In this document: in pieces, positions 8,451 through 11,371 of the stretch | Layout: every line of letters begins with the position of its first letter | Position numbering within the stretch: the first letter of the stretch is position 1 | NCBI GenBank assembly: GCA_036478295.1 | Contig: JAZGDW010000312.1 | Location: forward strand, 1-11,371 | Length of the DNA: 11,371 bases | Source of the DNA: Candidatus Krumholzibacteriia bacterium | Lineage (GTDB): Bacteria > Krumholzibacteriota > Krumholzibacteriia > WVZY01 | Direction of reading: 5' to 3' | Position numbers and translations under genes: made by a program | Notes under the pieces: generated by a model | Database searches by the model: none | The model's input: the letters and a program-made list of their open reading frames with translations, nothing else | Told to the model about the DNA's origin: nothing

Positions 8451-8545
8451 CGCCGCAAAAGGAAGGGGCAAATGGCGCAGGGGTGATGGACCACTTCGAG
8501 GCTCGCGTACAGGGCCGCCCCGGGGGCGGGGTGGCAGGCCCGTGC

Positions 8546-9274
8546 CTACTCGTTGCCTTCGATGGGAAAATCGAGCGTCAGCGTTTCACCCACGCTGACC
8601 GTAACGGGTTGTTCGAATTCTCCCAGGCCTTCGTGCCAGATCTTGAGGGTGTATTCGCCCGGGGGGATGCCCGCGATGGAGTAGTGCCCGTTCTCGTCGG
8701 TAACAGAGAAGAACGTGTTGTCGTGGACGATGACGTAGGCCTGCATCCATTCGTGAACGTCACAGTTGAATTCCACGACGCCCGTGTTGTCCAGAACAAA
8801 AGTCTGTTTTGCCGCCTCGCTTCCCGCGGGCTGTGCGACATTAAAAAGGGTCGGCTTCTTGAACTCGCTTTGCACATGGTAGGCATGCACGTTGTGAAAA
8901 GTGGCATCGCTATTCGTTACGATCAGCGTCGCGCCTTTGGTCGTCACCTGCACGTGTGGGACATAGGTGCATCCTTGCTGATCCAGCGTGACGACGGCCT
9001 CGCCGGATGAACCGCCGGCCCCGCCGAGCATCACCACGACGTTCTTGAGTCCATGGTTGTCCCTGGACACCACGAACTCTTGCGAGACCTTGTGCGCGCC
9101 GCAAACATCCGCGTTCCGCGTGACCTTGATGCGCTCCGCCTCCGGCACCTCGACTTTGAATATGACGCTTCCCTCGATCGCGCCGACGCCGTCCTGGGCA
9201 CCACTGACATTCCACGCCGCCGGCACCACGGTGAGCGCGATCAGGAGCAGTGCGTAACGGACTTTGACCTTCAT
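8546..9274 (-). CDS. Exported cupredoxin-like + carboxypeptidase-regulatory-like domain protein
   Basis: SD AAGGGAG and a signal peptide. Motifs LDQQGCTYVPHV, NSDATFHNVH and FNCDVHEWM, then a C-terminal beta-sandwich (FSVTDENGHYSIAGIPPGEYTLKIWHE). Confidence 0.8.
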   Translation of the reverse strand: MKVKVRYALLLIALTVVPAAWNVSGAQDGVGAIEGSVIFKVEVPEAERIKVTRNADVCGAHKVSQEFVVSRDNHGLKNVVVMLGGAGGSSGEAVVTLDQQGCTYVPHVQVTTKGATLIVTNSDATFHNVHAYHVQSEFKKPTLFNVAQPAGSEAAKQTFVLDNTGVVEFNCDVHEWMQAYVIVHDNTFFSVTDENGHYSIAGIPPGEYTLKIWHEGLGEFEQPVTVSVGETLTLDFPIEGNE

Positions 9275-9352
9275 GTCGGCTCTCCCTTTAAGGGTAATGG
9301 ATGAACGCGAGTATGTCGGCCGAAGCAGCCGGGCGTTACACCTGGCGGACGC

Positions 9353-10393
9353 TCAACCACCGGACTTCTTGAAACGAAATTTCTTCTTTGGCGGGGAAAC
9401 GCTCAGGAGATACTCGTAGATCAAGTCCGCTTCGCGGTCCGTCATGTGGCCTTTCCAGGCGGGACACGGCAGTGGCTCTGGACCCGCGGGGTCCAGGAGC
9501 GTCGGCTTTCGGCCGAAGAAGAGGATGCCCTTGATGACGTCTCGCGAATTGTCCCTGGCCGCCGCGGCGATGACCGGCATTTTCTCATCCGGCGCCGCGT
9601 TGACGTTCGCGTAGCCGCCTTCTCCCCGCTCTCCGTGGCAGCCGTCGCACCCGAATCTCCGGTACACCATGGCGCCGACTTCGCGCGGCCGGCTGTCGAG
9701 AAAAAACGCGGTGTTGTCCTCCCAGCGTTTCGCCTCGCCATTGCGCTGGCCCTGGAGTCCATGCAGGTACTCGACCAGGGCTAACCGTTCACCCTGCGGC
9801 AGCTTGAAATTGGGCATGAACGTCCGTGCCTTCATGGCGGACGGGTCCTCGAGCCATCGATTCTCCCACGGCTTCGGGCGCCGTTTACCCACCCAGGTCA
9901 GGTTGGGCCCGATGAAGCGGCCCGCGGCACCGACACGGTGGCACGCCGAGCAGTCGTAGGCGTCGAACAACATCCGTCCCTTTTCCTCCGACGTGTTGGA
10001 TCGGCTCATTATGGCAGGGGTGTTGAGGTCGCGTTTCAGCTCTCGAAGGTAGCCCACGAGTTCATCCAGCTCCGGGTCGCTGAACTGGAAGTTCGGCATC
10101 TTCGTCCCGTCTTTGAGAGCGTTCGGGTCCCGGAGCCAGAGCCGCAGCCATTCCGGGCTGCGGCGGTTCGCCACCTGGTCCAGGTTCGGGCCCACCGAGC
10201 CGCCGCCACCGGCCACCTCGTGGCAGGTCACGCAGCCACGGTCCCGGACTATGGCGCTGCCCACAAAGCGTTTTTGTGCGGGGGTTATTTCGTCACCCGC
10301 GCCCCCGGTCACGACGGGCCCCCCGCCGGAGCACGAACCGAGCAAGATGGCCGGCGCTGCGAACGCCAAGAGGATGCCGAATCGGAATGTCAC
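9353..10393 (-). CDS. Triheme cytochrome c, probable lipoprotein
   Basis: Three CxxCH motifs: CVTCH (10220-10234), CSACH (9938-9952), CDGCH (9635-9649). Lipobox-like LLGS-C after a hydrophobic stretch. Domains 1 and 2 are class I repeats (GPNL..RR..W..W L.DP....T.MPNF). GTG 10393, 10 nt past the upstream stop and preceded by GGGAAAGA, is preferred over the overlapping ATG 10426. Confidence 0.88.
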   Translation of the reverse strand: MTFRFGILLAFAAPAILLGSCSGGGPVVTGGAGDEITPAQKRFVGSAIVRDRGCVTCHEVAGGGGSVGPNLDQVANRRSPEWLRLWLRDPNALKDGTKMPNFQFSDPELDELVGYLRELKRDLNTPAIMSRSNTSEEKGRMLFDAYDCSACHRVGAAGRFIGPNLTWVGKRRPKPWENRWLEDPSAMKARTFMPNFKLPQGERLALVEYLHGLQGQRNGEAKRWEDNTAFFLDSRPREVGAMVYRRFGCDGCHGERGEGGYANVNAAPDEKMPVIAAAARDNSRDVIKGILFFGRKPTLLDPAGPEPLPCPAWKGHMTDREADLIYEYLLSVSPPKKKFRFKKSGG

Positions 10394-10403
10394 TCTTTCC
10401 CGA

Positions 10404-10964
10404 TTACTTGCCCACTTCCACCACATCGCCGTTGCTGAGCGACGAGACGTACTGGGCGAGATAGAATGATTCCGGGCTGTTGAGCGGCAGGCGCTTGCCT
10501 TTCATGAACATGCGAATGCAATTGTTATTCATCATTTCGAGCGTGATGACCTCGTCGTTCGGTACTTTGAACTTCGGGAACCGGGCCGCGGCGCCAACCA
10601 GCGAAGGTATCGGCAGCTTGTAGGGACCGTGTCCCATCTTTTTGCGAATCTCAGCTTCGCCACCGGTGGTCGTTCCGCCCGGGTGGCACGACTCACAGCT
10701 CTGACCGTTCGAACCGAGGCTCCCATCCTTGAAGAGCTGTTTGCCCATCGCCAGCGCTTCGCTGTTTTTCTTCATCATGTACGGCTTCGCCTTGTCCATG
10801 CCCATTCCCATCACCTTGTCCATGTTGGCCAGTGAAACGTCCGACTTGCCCTTCTCGACCTCCCCGAACTGGTCCTTGTTGTGCCGAGCGTGGATGCTAC
10901 ATCCGGTGACGAACACCGTTACCAGCAGAAAGGCGCCAAGAGTAGCGAAAGTCTGTACTTTCAT
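10404..10964 (-). CDS. Monoheme cytochrome c lipoprotein with SoxA/TsdA-like heme domain
   Basis: ATG 10964 with SD AAGGAG. Lipobox FVTG-C. CESCH (10683-10697), then AARFPKF..VITLEMMNNNCIRMFMKGKRLPLNSPE..LAQYVSSLSNG, matching the SoxA/TsdA pattern FPxY..TLE.R.N.C..M.G..L..DS.E..AL..Y..LS.G. The extra Cys is at 10518-10520. Confidence 0.85.
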   Translation of the reverse strand: MKVQTFATLGAFLLVTVFVTGCSIHARHNKDQFGEVEKGKSDVSLANMDKVMGMGMDKAKPYMMKKNSEALAMGKQLFKDGSLGSNGQSCESCHPGGTTTGGEAEIRKKMGHGPYKLPIPSLVGAAARFPKFKVPNDEVITLEMMNNNCIRMFMKGKRLPLNSPESFYLAQYVSSLSNGDVVEVGK

Positions 10965-10997
10965 TATCAATTCTCCTTGATTCGTGCGGCCCACGGG

Positions 10998-11371
10998 CTA
11001 ATTGGCCTGTCCGATCTGAACGCTCTCGCCGTTGCTCAGCGACGAGATGTACATGCTGAGCGCGATAGCCTCCCGGGAATCCAATTCCAATTCCTTGCCG
11101 TCCAGAAACATGCGGATGCAGTTGTTGTTCATCTGCGCGAGCGTAATCACTCTGTCGTTCGGCACTTTGTACTTCGGAAAACGAGCGGACGCGCCCACCA
11201 GTGTAGGAATCGGGATACGGTAGTCTCGCATCGGAATCTGCGCTTCACCGCCCGTCGTTCCACCTCCCGGGTGGCACGACTCGCACGACTGGCCGTTCTT
11301 GCCCAGGCTGGCATCACGGAACAACTGTCGCCCATCGTTCATCATCGCCATCTGCTTCTGCTTCATGTGTT
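10998..11371 (-). CDS. SoxA/TsdA-like cytochrome c paralog, 5' end outside the window
   Basis: CESCH (11271-11285), FPKYKVPND..TLAQMNNNCIRMF (Cys at 11118-11120), ALSMYISSLSNG. The frame is open to the window edge and no signal peptide is visible, so the true start is probably upstream. Confidence 0.85.
   Translation of the reverse strand, partial: HMKQKQMAMMNDGRQLFRDASLGKNGQSCESCHPGGGTTGGEAQIPMRDYRIPIPTLVGASARFPKYKVPNDRVITLAQMNNNCIRMFLDGKELELDSREAIALSMYISSLSNGESVQIGQAN

Noticed and set aside
8508..8545. GC hairpin after the cupredoxin-like gene
   Set aside because: No adjacent U-tract. It could be a stabilising stem but is not supportable as an intrinsic terminator.
10404..11371. Assigning the gene symbols soxA or tsdA
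   Set aside because: The complete copy is a single short heme domain, the Arg motif is altered, and no sox partner genes are in view. Only fold-level similarity is supported.
1..11371. CRISPR array, IS/transposase, integrase, tRNA/rRNA or defence genes
   Set aside because: No spaced direct repeats, terminal inverted repeats with a transposase, cloverleaf structures or relevant protein motifs were seen.

Overview
GC-rich bacterial chromosomal window with no mobile element, CRISPR array, rRNA or tRNA recognised. The left two-thirds is an amino-acid/peptide catabolism neighbourhood: gdhA (-), a divergent secreted S9 peptidase (+), a secreted VIT-vWA protein (-) with a candidate ECF-sigma promoter, and pepD (-). 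Next is a broken locus (7924-8288, -) that looks like a deletion scar: the N-terminus of a DUF6588-like exported protein (ATA where the start codon should be) is joined out of frame to the C-terminus of another ORF missed by the ORF track. The right end is the 3' part of a periplasmic redox operon (-), the best candidate for an undescribed system. It encodes two tandem paralogous monoheme SoxA/TsdA-like cytochromes c that keep the distal Cys but lack the usual Arg of the motif, a triheme cytochrome c lipoprotein with Cys instead of the distal Met in its third domain, and a cupredoxin-like exported protein with an H...C-x2-H-x2-M motif. All family assignments come from recalled motifs; no searches were run.
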